Of a stretch of 64,000 nt of DNA, positions 18,578-27,511 are shown one piece after another. Source of the DNA: Candidatus Shapirobacteria bacterium. GTDB taxonomy: Bacteria > Patescibacteriota > Microgenomatia > UBA12405. Location: assembly GCA_041658125.1 (NCBI GenBank), contig JBBAAS010000002.1, forward strand, positions 8,951 to 72,950. Direction: 5' to 3'. The translations under genes and the position numbers were made by a program. Each line of letters begins with the position of its first letter. The first letter of the stretch is position 1. The notes under the pieces were generated by a model. The model had not been told where the DNA came from and searched no databases. It saw only the letters and a list, made by a program, of their open reading frames with translations.

Positions 18578-18640
18578 TTGAACGTTATCCTAATGATGGG
18601 TCTGATGAGTCCCGATGTAACGTCGGGATGAAACGTTCAA
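18578..18640 (+). ncRNA. Hammerhead ribozyme-like motif (type III topology), candidate
   Basis: CUGAUGA (18602-18608). 7-bp stem II GTCCCGA/TCGGGAT with a 7-nt loop. GAA (18630-18632). 8-bp stem III ACGTTCAA (18633-40) pairs with TTGAACGT (18578-85). GUU triplet with the predicted cleavage after 18586. Short stem I ATCC-TAATGAT-GGGT. The caveat is G10.1-U11.1 in place of the usual G-C pair. Confidence 0.4.
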
Positions 18641-18721
18641 ATTGGCTATCGGATTAATTGATTAGATAATTGGAGCTTACCTTCGCATGAGCTTCGGAGG
18701 ATGCGATAAAATAGGAGTATT

Positions 18722-18793
18722 GTTTCCGTAGTTCAATGGATAGAATACGGGCCTCCGAAGCTTGAGATTCGGGTTCGACTCCCGACGGGAACA
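18722..18793 (+). tRNA. tRNA-Arg (anticodon CCG), no encoded CCA
   Basis: Acceptor stem GTTTCCG/CGGGAAC (one G-U pair) with discriminator A. D arm GTTC/GAAT. Anticodon stem CGGGC/GCTTG with loop CTCCGAA. T arm TCGGG-TTCGACT-CCCGA. Confidence 0.8.
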
Positions 18794-18811
18794 CAGTGTA
18801 GTTTATAAAGT

Positions 18812-19333
18812 TTGAAAGTACCAATGAAAACAGAGATTAATAATTATGATGAAAGATCGGCGGGAGGGGTGGTTTATAAAATAGAAAAAGGGAAAGTGGA
18901 GTGGCTAGTGATTAAAACCGGAACCAGTAAGGGTTTTGGAAGGCAAGGAGGTGGAAAAGCACCAAAAACAGCGTATAAGTTCCCAAAGGGACATTTAAAA
19001 ACCGGGGAATTTTTAAAACAAGCGGCATTGCGGGAAGTGGAGGAAGAGGGCCGGGTAAAAGCTAAAATTGTGACAAAAATCGGATCGAATAATTATTTGA
19101 TTTGGGATAAGTTAAAAAAGAAAAAAATAATTAAAAAAGTAACGTTTTTTTTGATGGAATATAGGGAAGAGAGCCGACTTAAGTATTTTGATGCGGAAGT
19201 GGTGTTGGAAAGAGTGTGGCTCCCCTACCAGGAAGCGGCAGAAAAATTGGAATATCATTCGGAAAAAGTGCTATTGGGAAAAGCGGAAAAAACACTACAG
19301 GCTTTATTAAAAGGCCAAAAAGCCGTAAAATAG
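18812..19333 (+). CDS. Nudix hydrolase
   Basis: Nudix box FPKGHLKTGEFLKQAALREVEEEGRV. Confidence 0.65.
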   Translation: MKVPMKTEINNYDERSAGGVVYKIEKGKVEWLVIKTGTSKGFGRQGGGKAPKTAYKFPKGHLKTGEFLKQAALREVEEEGRVKAKIVTKIGSNNYLIWDKLKKKKIIKKVTFFLMEYREESRLKYFDAEVVLERVWLPYQEAAEKLEYHSEKVLLGKAEKTLQALLKGQKAVK

Positions 19334-19343
19334 GTCGTTTGAT

Positions 19344-19428
19344 GGAGAGGTCGGATAGTGGTTCATTCCACAGACCTGGAAAGTCTGCGGCCCAAAAGGC
19401 CTCGCGGGTTCGAATCCCGCCCTCTCCG
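19344..19428 (+). tRNA. tRNA-Ser (anticodon GGA), no encoded CCA
   Basis: Acceptor stem GGAGAGG/CCTCTCC with discriminator G. Anticodon stem CAGAC/GTCTG with loop CTGGAAA. Long variable arm CGGCCC-AAAA-GGCCTC. T arm GCGGG-TTCGAAT-CCCGC. Confidence 0.85.
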
Positions 19429-19462
19429 CTCAATATAGTAACCATCAAAATTGATTGTATAA

Positions 19463-19945
19463 TTGGGTATGAATATAAGCTTGGTTCCAATAAAAATTAG
19501 CGAGAAAGATGTCTTGAAGGAAATGCTTTATGAATATGAGAAAGAAATGTCGGATGGAGAACCTGGTGAATATAAGTATTTAGATTCGTACTGGCAAAAA
19601 CCTGATCGATTTCCCTTCTTTATTGAAGTTGACGAAAAAATTGCGGGGTTTGTTTTAGTTAATAGTTATAATTTGGTGATAGATGAAGGTAAAAATATTG
19701 CTGAATTTTACGTTGAAAAAGAATTCAGAAAAAACGGGATTGGAAGAGAAGCGTCAAGACAAATTTTTAACTTGTTTCCAGGAAAATGGGAAATCAGACA
19801 GATTATAGAAAATCCTAAAGCTCGTTTGTATTGGTTGAAGTTAATGACGGAATTTACAAAAAATAATTTTACTGAAAAATTTGTTGATAATGACAAGTGG
19901 CATGGATGGATTCAGGTGTTTAATATGAACGGAAATAAGTTCTAA
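19463..19945 (+). CDS. GNAT-like acetyltransferase
   Basis: IAGFVLVNS...FYVEKEFRKNGIGREA pattern. Confidence 0.5.
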   Translation: MGMNISLVPIKISEKDVLKEMLYEYEKEMSDGEPGEYKYLDSYWQKPDRFPFFIEVDEKIAGFVLVNSYNLVIDEGKNIAEFYVEKEFRKNGIGREASRQIFNLFPGKWEIRQIIENPKARLYWLKLMTEFTKNNFTEKFVDNDKWHGWIQVFNMNGNKF

Positions 19946-19995
19946 TTTCGTTTCAGACTCTCTGCCAGGTAAGGTGAGTTTGCTACAATTTTGTA

Positions 19996-20808
19996 ATGTC
20001 AGGAATAGCTATGCCCAATAAAGAAATATTAGAAGCGTTTGGGTGTAAGGGAGAGGCCAGATTATTATCAGGAGGAGAAGGAAGATCGTATTTGGCGAGA
20101 GATATCGTGTTAAAGCCGATTGATAATATTGAAGAAGCGATTTGGGTAGCTGACTTAATGAATGCAATCGTTGAAGATGAGTTTAGAGTGGCCAGGCCAA
20201 TCAAGGCAAGAAATGGAAGCTGGATTTATCAAAGTTGGACAGCGTTTAAATATTTGGAAGGTGAGGCGTCAAAACAACGGGCGAGGGAGAAATTTGAGGT
20301 GGCGCGTAATTTTCATAAAGCGCTAGCGGGTTGCAAACGACCGGTTTTTTTGGATACCAAAGTTAATCCGTATGTAACTGCGGACCGGATGGTGTGGGGA
20401 AAACAACTTTTTACAATGAGCGATCAGCTGAAACCGTTTTTGACGCCAATAGCGGCGAAATTAAAACCTATTGAATTGGAAGAGCAATTAATTCACGGAG
20501 ACATGACGGGTAATATTTTATTTCACGAAACATTACCGTCGGCAGTGGTTGATATGACGCCTTATTGGCATCCGGCAAAATATGCCGAGGCAATTATTAC
20601 AGTTGATGCGATGGTTTGGGACGGGGCCGACGATACGTTGCTTGACATGCTTGATAATACCTTTGAAATGAACCAGTTAATGCTCCGGGCGGCTATTTGG
20701 CGGATTAAAATAACCGATGAATTTTTTTTGGAAGGTAAAAAAAGCGATTTGGATTTTGAAAATTACAGACATTTTTTTGAGTTGCTTTTGAAAAGAATGA
20801 ATATCTGA
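19996..20808 (+). CDS. Aminoglycoside phosphotransferase (APH)/protein-kinase-fold phosphotransferase
   Basis: IHGDMTGNILFHE matches the HxDxxxxN catalytic loop of the APH/ePK fold. Confidence 0.55.
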   Translation: MSGIAMPNKEILEAFGCKGEARLLSGGEGRSYLARDIVLKPIDNIEEAIWVADLMNAIVEDEFRVARPIKARNGSWIYQSWTAFKYLEGEASKQRAREKFEVARNFHKALAGCKRPVFLDTKVNPYVTADRMVWGKQLFTMSDQLKPFLTPIAAKLKPIELEEQLIHGDMTGNILFHETLPSAVVDMTPYWHPAKYAEAIITVDAMVWDGADDTLLDMLDNTFEMNQLMLRAAIWRIKITDEFFLEGKKSDLDFENYRHFFELLLKRMNI

Positions 20809-20825
20809 AGAGATGTTAGAATTTA

Positions 20826-21986
20826 GTGGCTATGGATTATAAAGAAGAGTCACTGAAACAACATTTGAAGTTTGGGGGCAAGATCGGGATTAAAAGTAAA
20901 TTCCCGGAAATAAAAACGAAGGATGATTTGGCGGTGGCTTATACGCCGGGAGTAGCGGCGGTGTCGTCGTTTTTGGCGGCAAATCCGGACGAAGCATATG
21001 GATATTCGATTAAGGGCAATACAATTGCGGTAGTGTCGGATGGATCGGCGGTGCTGGGACTCGGTAACATCGGGCCTTATGGAGCTTTGCCGGTAATGGA
21101 GGGAAAAGCACTTTTGTTTAAAGAATTTGGCGATGTGGATGCTTATCCGATAGTGTTGTCAACTCAAGAGACCGAGGAAATAATAGAAACAGTAAAAGCA
21201 ATCGCGCCGACCTTTGGGGGAATAAATTTGGAAGATATTTCATCGCCACGGTGCTTTGAGGTGGAGGAAAGACTGATAAAGGAACTCGATATCCCGGTTT
21301 TTCACGACGATCAGCACGGAACGGCAATTGTGATTTTGGCGGCCTTGATTAACGGCTTGAAACTGGCTAAAAAGCAAATGGGAAAAATCAAAATGGTGAT
21401 CAGCGGCGCCGGGGCGGCGGGAATTGCCACAACTAAACTTCTCCTAAAATACGGCATTAAAAATATTACTTTAGTTGATTCGCAAGGAGTAATCAGCAAA
21501 AAACGGACTGATTTAAACGAAGTAAAAATGAAAATGCTTCCGGTTACCAATCCGGAAAATAGTGAAGGTGGTTTAGAAAATGCTTTAAAAGGCGCGGACG
21601 TGTTTATCGGGGTGAGTGCGCCGGGAGTATTAAAGCCGGAATTTATTAAAACTATGGCCGAAAAACCGATTATTTTTGCCATGGCTAATCCGGTGCCGGA
21701 AATTATGCCTGATTTGGCAAAAGAAGCCGGAGCCTTTGTGGTCGGAACAGGCCGGAGTGATTTTCCAAATCAAATAAATAATGTGCTGGTTTTCCCGGGA
21801 TTGTTTAGAGGAGTTTTAGATAACAAAATTAAATTGATTACCGATGAAATGAAAATTGCAGCGGCGGAGACGTTGGCCGGTTATCTGAAAGATGATGAAT
21901 TGAGTGTCGATAAAATACTGCCAAGTGTACTGGATAAAAAAGTGTCGACAGCGATTGCCGAAAGAATGGCGGAGTTTAAGGAGTAA
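20826..21986 (+). CDS. NAD(P)-dependent malic enzyme (short form)
   Basis: LAVAYTPGVA, VVSDGSAVLGLGNIGPYGALPVMEGKALLFKEFGDVDAYP and the Rossmann motif GAGAAGIA. Confidence 0.85.
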   Translation: MAMDYKEESLKQHLKFGGKIGIKSKFPEIKTKDDLAVAYTPGVAAVSSFLAANPDEAYGYSIKGNTIAVVSDGSAVLGLGNIGPYGALPVMEGKALLFKEFGDVDAYPIVLSTQETEEIIETVKAIAPTFGGINLEDISSPRCFEVEERLIKELDIPVFHDDQHGTAIVILAALINGLKLAKKQMGKIKMVISGAGAAGIATTKLLLKYGIKNITLVDSQGVISKKRTDLNEVKMKMLPVTNPENSEGGLENALKGADVFIGVSAPGVLKPEFIKTMAEKPIIFAMANPVPEIMPDLAKEAGAFVVGTGRSDFPNQINNVLVFPGLFRGVLDNKIKLITDEMKIAAAETLAGYLKDDELSVDKILPSVLDKKVSTAIAERMAEFKE

Positions 21987-22044
21987 AAAGAATAATCTGA
22001 ATATCTCCCTTGTACACTTTAATAGTTTGTCGATAGACTGAAGA

Positions 22045-23436
22045 GTGTTAGATGAAAAGTGTGCGGTATTTGGAGTTTACGGCACCAATCCGTTGATTGA
22101 GGCCGCCAGGCTGGTTCACACCGGTCTGTGGACATTGCAACACCGCGGGCAGGAAAGCTCGGGAATAGTCAGTTCTGACGGCAAGGACTTGTGGTCTCAA
22201 AGAGGAATGGGGTTGGTATCCCATGTTTACAACGAACAAAGTTTTGATGCGTTAAAAGGAACAATAGCCATCGGGCATAATCGCTATTCTACTTGTGGAC
22301 CGTCAGATGCGAGTCATATACAGCCAATAATTTCAGAAGACCGTAATTTGGCTATGGCTCACAACGGAAATTTACCGGCGACACTACGACTTTGTAAATT
22401 CTTAACCAGCAAAGGGGTTAGCCCGCGGTTTAACAATGATTCTGAACTGATGTACAAGGCGGTGGCTTATTATTTTGTTAAAGGATTATCTTTGCCCGAA
22501 GCCGTAGCCAAAGCTTTTCCACTTTTTACCGGGGTATTTTCAGCTCTTTTTATGTCAGCCGATACGATAGTTGCTGTCCGCGACCGGCGGGGAATCAGGC
22601 CGTTGTCTTTGGGAAAAATTGACGGCATTGGCTACGTAATTTCTTCGGAAACCTGCGCGATCAATACCATTGACGGTAAATATGTCCGGGATATTAAACC
22701 AGGAGAAATGCTATTTATTGACAAAGAAGGGCTTCACTCCCGGCAATTGGTAAAAGGCAAGGAAATGCTTGACGCTTTTGAATTTGTTTATTTTTCCCGA
22801 CCGGATAGTTACTTGGCCGGACGGAGCGTTAATGAAGTACGCAAAGAATTAGGCCGACAACTGGCACTGGAAAACCCAAAGATCAAAGCCGATGTGGTTA
22901 TTCCAATTCCTGATTCGGGAATACCGGCAGCGATTGGCTTTGCACAAGAATCAGGAATACCTTTTGATATGGGATTGATAAAAAACCGATATATTCACCG
23001 GACTTTTATCCGACCGGCGCAAAGTATGCGAAAAAACGATGTCAGACTGAAGCTAAATCCTCTGCCTTCGGTATTAAAAGGCAAGCGGGTAGTGCTGATT
23101 GACGATTCAATAGTCAGAGGAACGACCAGTGAAAAAATAGTAAGCCTGTTACGGCAGGCAGGAGCAAAAGAGGTTCATTTTTTGGTAAGTTCACCACCGG
23201 TAAAATTTCCTGATTTTTACGGCATTAATACGCCGGACCAAAATGAGCTGATTGCGGCCACCAAAACAATCCCGGAAATTCAGGAAATTATTAAAGCCGA
23301 TGGCCTGGCTTATTTATCGCTGAAAGGGTTGATAAAGGCGATTGGTCTGCCGGTAAGCAATATTTGTACCTCCTGCTTTACCGGCAAATACCCTGTCGAT
23401 ATTGGTCTGAATAAAAAGAAAATTAAGTATTGTTAA
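22045..23436 (+). CDS. purF: Amidophosphoribosyltransferase
   Basis: N-terminal CAVFGVYG nucleophile-Cys motif (after a short propeptide) and a C-terminal PRTase domain (VVLIDDSIVRGTT). Confidence 0.85.
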   Translation: MLDEKCAVFGVYGTNPLIEAARLVHTGLWTLQHRGQESSGIVSSDGKDLWSQRGMGLVSHVYNEQSFDALKGTIAIGHNRYSTCGPSDASHIQPIISEDRNLAMAHNGNLPATLRLCKFLTSKGVSPRFNNDSELMYKAVAYYFVKGLSLPEAVAKAFPLFTGVFSALFMSADTIVAVRDRRGIRPLSLGKIDGIGYVISSETCAINTIDGKYVRDIKPGEMLFIDKEGLHSRQLVKGKEMLDAFEFVYFSRPDSYLAGRSVNEVRKELGRQLALENPKIKADVVIPIPDSGIPAAIGFAQESGIPFDMGLIKNRYIHRTFIRPAQSMRKNDVRLKLNPLPSVLKGKRVVLIDDSIVRGTTSEKIVSLLRQAGAKEVHFLVSSPPVKFPDFYGINTPDQNELIAATKTIPEIQEIIKADGLAYLSLKGLIKAIGLPVSNICTSCFTGKYPVDIGLNKKKIKYC

Positions 23437-23508
23437 AAAATAATTGATTTTGACTTTTGAAGATTGACAAATTTAAAATAAGTGAATGGTAGAAAATAAT
23501 AAAAGATT

Positions 23509-23964
23509 TTATCTTATTTTACCGAGATATTCTCCGGTCTTCGGGAAACCGACTTGATAGTCGGCAAGTAAAATCGAGGAAAGTTCATGGGGGTAAAGAT
23601 TATCGGGTAAGTTTTTAATATCCAACCAAGTACACCAAACCGAGCCATCGGGGTGTTGGGGGTCGTGAAGATGTTCCAGCTCCTCAAATTTATTGATATC
23701 TCCAAGAATAAATAACTCTACTGCGTGTTCGTTTTCTTCAGGCATAATAAAATCACGAAGGTAAAGAATTTTTTTAAATTTAAATGAGTCACCGGCACAT
23801 TCTTCGGCAACTTCGCGAAGACAACCCTCTAAAATAGTTTCCCCATATTCTAAATGTCCGCCGATATAATGGTAATAATTTTGTTTCTGACGATACTGAA
23901 CTAACAACTTACCATTTTTGATGACTATCGGTCTTACCCTGACGTTAATGAGATGATTTTCCAT
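23509..23964 (-). CDS. Nudix hydrolase
   Basis: Nudix box GGHLEYGETILEGCLREVAEECAG. Confidence 0.65.
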   Translation of the reverse strand: MENHLINVRVRPIVIKNGKLLVQYRQKQNYYHYIGGHLEYGETILEGCLREVAEECAGDSFKFKKILYLRDFIMPEENEHAVELFILGDINKFEELEHLHDPQHPDGSVWCTWLDIKNLPDNLYPHELSSILLADYQVGFPKTGEYLGKIR

Positions 23965-23998
23965 ATGGTAAGATCATATCATTAGTTTTGGTGAATTT

Positions 23999-24619
23999 AT
24001 GAAAGTTTATTTTGTCCGACATGGATCAACGGATTCGCTGGAAAAAAGGATCAGTCAACCTGACGATGAACCCTTGAATGAGAATGGTAGGATACAAGCT
24101 AAAGAATTAGGAAAACGGTTTGTTAAAACTAATTTGGATTTGGTAATTTCCAGTCCTTATACCAGAGCGGTAGAAACGGCCAAAGCGATACGGGAGGAAG
24201 TGGTGACTAGTGAACTTTTTAAAGAAGTGAAAAAACCGACCGAAGTAGTCGGCAGGTCAAAGGATGAAGAAGAAGTAAAAAATATTTTAAAAAAGATCGG
24301 GGAAATGTATCTGACAGATCCAAGTTGGCACTTTTCCGATGAAGAAAGCTTTGAAGATTTAAAAAAGCGGGGATTAGAAGCGTTGGAGTTTTTAAAAGCA
24401 CAAAACAAAGAGAATATTTTGGTGGTATCGCATGGAAATTTTGTGGCTTTATTAGTCGGATTAATGCTGTATGGGGAGAATTATCCGGTGGATGTTTCGT
24501 TGCGGTTGAAAAATTTTTTAAGATTTGGGAATACCGGAGTATCGATTGTTATTTATGAAGAGGAAAGGTGGCGATTAGTATGCTGGAATGATACGTCGCA
24601 TTTTTTAGAACGGAATTAA
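23999..24619 (+). CDS. Histidine phosphatase superfamily protein (phosphoglycerate mutase family)
   Basis: N-terminal [13 protein letters not shown] motif, and VVSHGNF near the C-terminus. Confidence 0.65.
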   Translation: MKVYFVRHGSTDSLEKRISQPDDEPLNENGRIQAKELGKRFVKTNLDLVISSPYTRAVETAKAIREEVVTSELFKEVKKPTEVVGRSKDEEEVKNILKKIGEMYLTDPSWHFSDEESFEDLKKRGLEALEFLKAQNKENILVVSHGNFVALLVGLMLYGENYPVDVSLRLKNFLRFGNTGVSIVIYEEERWRLVCWNDTSHFLERN

Positions 24620-24639
24620 TTTAGACGAAGGGTCCGAAG

Positions 24640-24891
24640 GCGAAGGGAGTTGGTGACAACGGAAACACTGCTGAAGGACATAGCCAAACCGGCGAAGATG
24701 GGGTTGAGGGTAATCCCAAAAAAAAGATAAAGAGCACCGGCGGCAAATATGATACCAGATTAGGTGAGGACACAACTTTAGCCAGTTCACTGGGCGTGAA
24801 TGGAACACCAGGATTCTTTTTGAATACGACTAACTTTTCCGGGGCATACAGCTGGACGGAAATGAAATCAGTTGCTGATGCAGCACTATGA
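24640..24891 (+). pseudogene. DsbA/thioredoxin-fold protein remnant, N-terminally truncated and frameshifted at homopolymers
   Basis: Translation spliced across frames gives ...[54 protein letters not shown], which is a DsbA-like C-terminus. The frame breaks at an A7 run (24718-24724) and a G5 run (24840-24844). There is no CxxC-containing N-terminal part. Confidence 0.45.
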
Positions 24892-24903
24892 TAAGGCAGT
24901 TTG

Positions 24904-26943
24904 TTAAATTGTGATCAAAGATTTTTCGGCACGTTTCAATAAAACCGCATTGGTAGCGACAATAATTGATGAAACAGACATTAATAATGCTGAAACTTCA
25001 GGACGTAGAGTTATACCTAAACTTGGGTATAAAACTCCGGCGGCTACTGGAATTGCCAGGACATTGTAAACACTGGCCCAAACCAGATTTTCTTTCATCT
25101 TTCGAACAGTGGCCTTGCTTAATCGGATAGCTCTTAAAATGTCAGCTGGATCAGATTTCATTAAAACAACATTGGCGGTTTCAATAGCGACGTCAGTCCC
25201 TGCTCCAATAGCAATCCCAATATCTGCTTGAGCGAGAGCCGGAGCATCATTAACTCCATCTCCAACCATAGCCACAAATTTACCCTCGTCTTGAAGTTTC
25301 TTGACATAATTGGCTTTATCTTCTGGTAATACTTCAGCAAAAATTCGGGTGATTCCCAATGTCTTACCAATATTTTCAGCCGTTTTTTGATTATCTCCGG
25401 TAATCATGGCAACTTCAATCCCCATTTCCTGCATTTTTTTAACGGCTATTGACGAACTTTCTTTGATTGGATCGGCTACACCAACAACTCCGGCGATTTG
25501 ACTATCCACTGCCAACAACATAATAGTATTGCCCTCATCTAAAAGTTTCTGAATTGAGGTTTCTATTGGTTTAATATCAATATTTCTATCTTTAATCAGT
25601 TTTAAATTACCAACTAGTATTTGTTTTCCATCAACCACCGCCTCAACCCCATGGCCGGAAATAGCCTTAAAACTTTTGACATTATTTGAAATCAATAGCC
25701 CACGTTTTTCTACCTCAGTTAAAATTGCTTTACTTAGCGGGTGGCCTGACATTTTTTCAACAGCAGCATCATAGATCAATACTTGGTCTTCACTAAAACC
25801 AGCAGAGGCAATAACTTGAGTTACTACTGGTTTTCCTTCGGTCAGTGTCCCTGTTTTATCCATAACCACAGCATTAATTTTGGACACTTGCTCTAAAGTA
25901 GTCGCATCTTTGATTAAAATGTTGTGTTTGGCACCCAAACCAGTTCCAACCGCTACGGCAGTAGGAGTGGCCAAACCAAGTGCATCGGGACACGCTATTA
26001 CCACGGCAGATATGGCAAATGTCAGAGCGAATAGTAACGACTGTCCTAAAACAAAATACCAAATGACAAAAGTAATTAATCCTGAGCCCACAGCGAGGAT
26101 AACTAAATATTGAGCGGCTTTGTCGGCAATTCGTTGGCCGGGAGCTTTGGAGTTTTGGGCAGTTTCGACCAACTTTACAATTTGGGCTAGGGCAGTATCG
26201 GCTCCAACTTTGGTGGCTTTGAATTTGAGTGAACCCATTTGGTTTATCGAACCACCAATCACCAAATCACCAACTTTTTTCTCAATTGGCATTGACTCTC
26301 CAGTTACCAATGATTCGTCAATTGAAGTTTCACCTTCGACTACTTCACCATCAACGGGGATTTTGTCACCCGGTTTGATAATGACAATATCACCCATCAA
26401 AACTTCGGCTGTAGGAACTGTTAGCTCCTGACCATTACGAAAAACCCGAGCCTGAGGAGGAACTAAATCAAACAAAGCCCTGAGAGCATCTGATGTACCG
26501 CGACGTGATTTCATTTCCATCCAGTGACCAAACAAGACAAATGTGACTAGCATGGCGGCGGCTTCAAAAAATGTCTCACCACCAATAAACAAAGTAATAA
26601 CAACGCTAAAAATGTAGGCGGCCAAAACTCCGGTAGCTATCAAAACCATCATATTTAATGTTTTTTTCTTGAGTGCCTCATATGCTCCTACTGGGAATAT
26701 CGATCCAAATTTAAAAACTATCGGGGTTACCAAAAGAAATAATAGCCAATTTTTAGGGATAAAAGTTGGAAGTGGAAGATAGGTAATAAGTAATGTTGGA
26801 ATAGTGAGGGCAAGTGACCAAAAAAAACGATTACGCATGTCTTTTTCCATAAATTCAGCCATTTTGGGATCGATCATGGTAGATTCGTGATCCATCGGCT
26901 CCATTTTGGACATATTGTGCATTTGATGTTGTGAATGATCCAT
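24904..26943 (-). CDS. P1B-type heavy-metal ATPase with His/Met-rich N-terminus and non-canonical CPD motif
   Basis: DKTGTLT and GDGVNDAPAL are present. TM6 reads IACPDALGLATP where CPC or CPH is usual. N-terminus MDHSQHQMHNMSKMEPMDHESTM. Confidence 0.8.
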   Translation of the reverse strand: MDHSQHQMHNMSKMEPMDHESTMIDPKMAEFMEKDMRNRFFWSLALTIPTLLITYLPLPTFIPKNWLLFLLVTPIVFKFGSIFPVGAYEALKKKTLNMMVLIATGVLAAYIFSVVITLFIGGETFFEAAAMLVTFVLFGHWMEMKSRRGTSDALRALFDLVPPQARVFRNGQELTVPTAEVLMGDIVIIKPGDKIPVDGEVVEGETSIDESLVTGESMPIEKKVGDLVIGGSINQMGSLKFKATKVGADTALAQIVKLVETAQNSKAPGQRIADKAAQYLVILAVGSGLITFVIWYFVLGQSLLFALTFAISAVVIACPDALGLATPTAVAVGTGLGAKHNILIKDATTLEQVSKINAVVMDKTGTLTEGKPVVTQVIASAGFSEDQVLIYDAAVEKMSGHPLSKAILTEVEKRGLLISNNVKSFKAISGHGVEAVVDGKQILVGNLKLIKDRNIDIKPIETSIQKLLDEGNTIMLLAVDSQIAGVVGVADPIKESSSIAVKKMQEMGIEVAMITGDNQKTAENIGKTLGITRIFAEVLPEDKANYVKKLQDEGKFVAMVGDGVNDAPALAQADIGIAIGAGTDVAIETANVVLMKSDPADILRAIRLSKATVRKMKENLVWASVYNVLAIPVAAGVLYPSLGITLRPEVSALLMSVSSIIVATNAVLLKRAEKSLITI

Positions 26944-27002
26944 AATTAATAATACTCTACAAAATAGTTAGAAACTATTGACCGAATGATTGGAAGATTA
27001 AA

Positions 27003-27446
27003 CTATTTTACGATAATAGTTCCGTGAGGGATTCCCATGGCACAGGTGATTGAGTAAGTACCCGGAGTTGTTGGAGTAAATTCAAAAATATTGGTTTGGC
27101 CTTTGGTAAATCCTTGGATATTACCGGGTAAAAGTTCCGGGAGCATAATACTGCCCATACATCCTCGGCCATTTTCAGCGGCATAAACTTCAAGTCGTAC
27201 CGGAATACCTGCTTTAACATTAAGCTCGGCAGGAACAAATCCAAACGGCGGACCATAAGTGGCTTTAATTATTTGAGCTTTCGAAGTTGGGGTAGAAGTC
27301 GGAGTGGGACTTACTGGTATTGGTATTGGTGTTGGAGTATTGTTTGGTACAGAATTAACAGGTTGAATCTTAGTAATTGAATGGAACAAAACTAACCCTC
27401 CGATAACGATCATTGTTGAGAATATTAGAATGTAGGCAGTTTTCAT
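27003..27446 (-). CDS. Membrane-anchored cupredoxin-like protein
   Basis: N-terminal TM helix, a Pro/Thr-rich linker (TPTPIPIPVSPTPTSTPTS), and a C-terminal ITCAMGIPHGTIIV cupredoxin_1-like Cys/His/Met pattern. Confidence 0.55.
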   Translation of the reverse strand: MKTAYILIFSTMIVIGGLVLFHSITKIQPVNSVPNNTPTPIPIPVSPTPTSTPTSKAQIIKATYGPPFGFVPAELNVKAGIPVRLEVYAAENGRGCMGSIMLPELLPGNIQGFTKGQTNIFEFTPTTPGTYSITCAMGIPHGTIIVK

Positions 27447-27470
27447 ATATATTTCTTTTTCACTAACTTA

Positions 27471-27502
27471 CAGAAACACTCCGTCTGTGCGGAGTGTTTC
27501 TG
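27471..27502. other. Perfect 13-bp stem / 6-nt loop hairpin between the cupredoxin and CopA genes
   Basis: CAGAAACACTCCG-TCTGTG-CGGAGTGTTTCTG, followed by TTT on the plus strand only. It may be an intra-operon attenuator or a plus-strand terminator. Confidence 0.35.
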
Positions 27503-27511
27503 TTTAACTAT

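Noticed and set aside
19179-19500. ORFs 19179-19490 (-) and 19216-19500 (+)
   Set aside because: They overlap tRNA-Ser(GGA) and the 3' end of the Nudix gene, so they are spurious.
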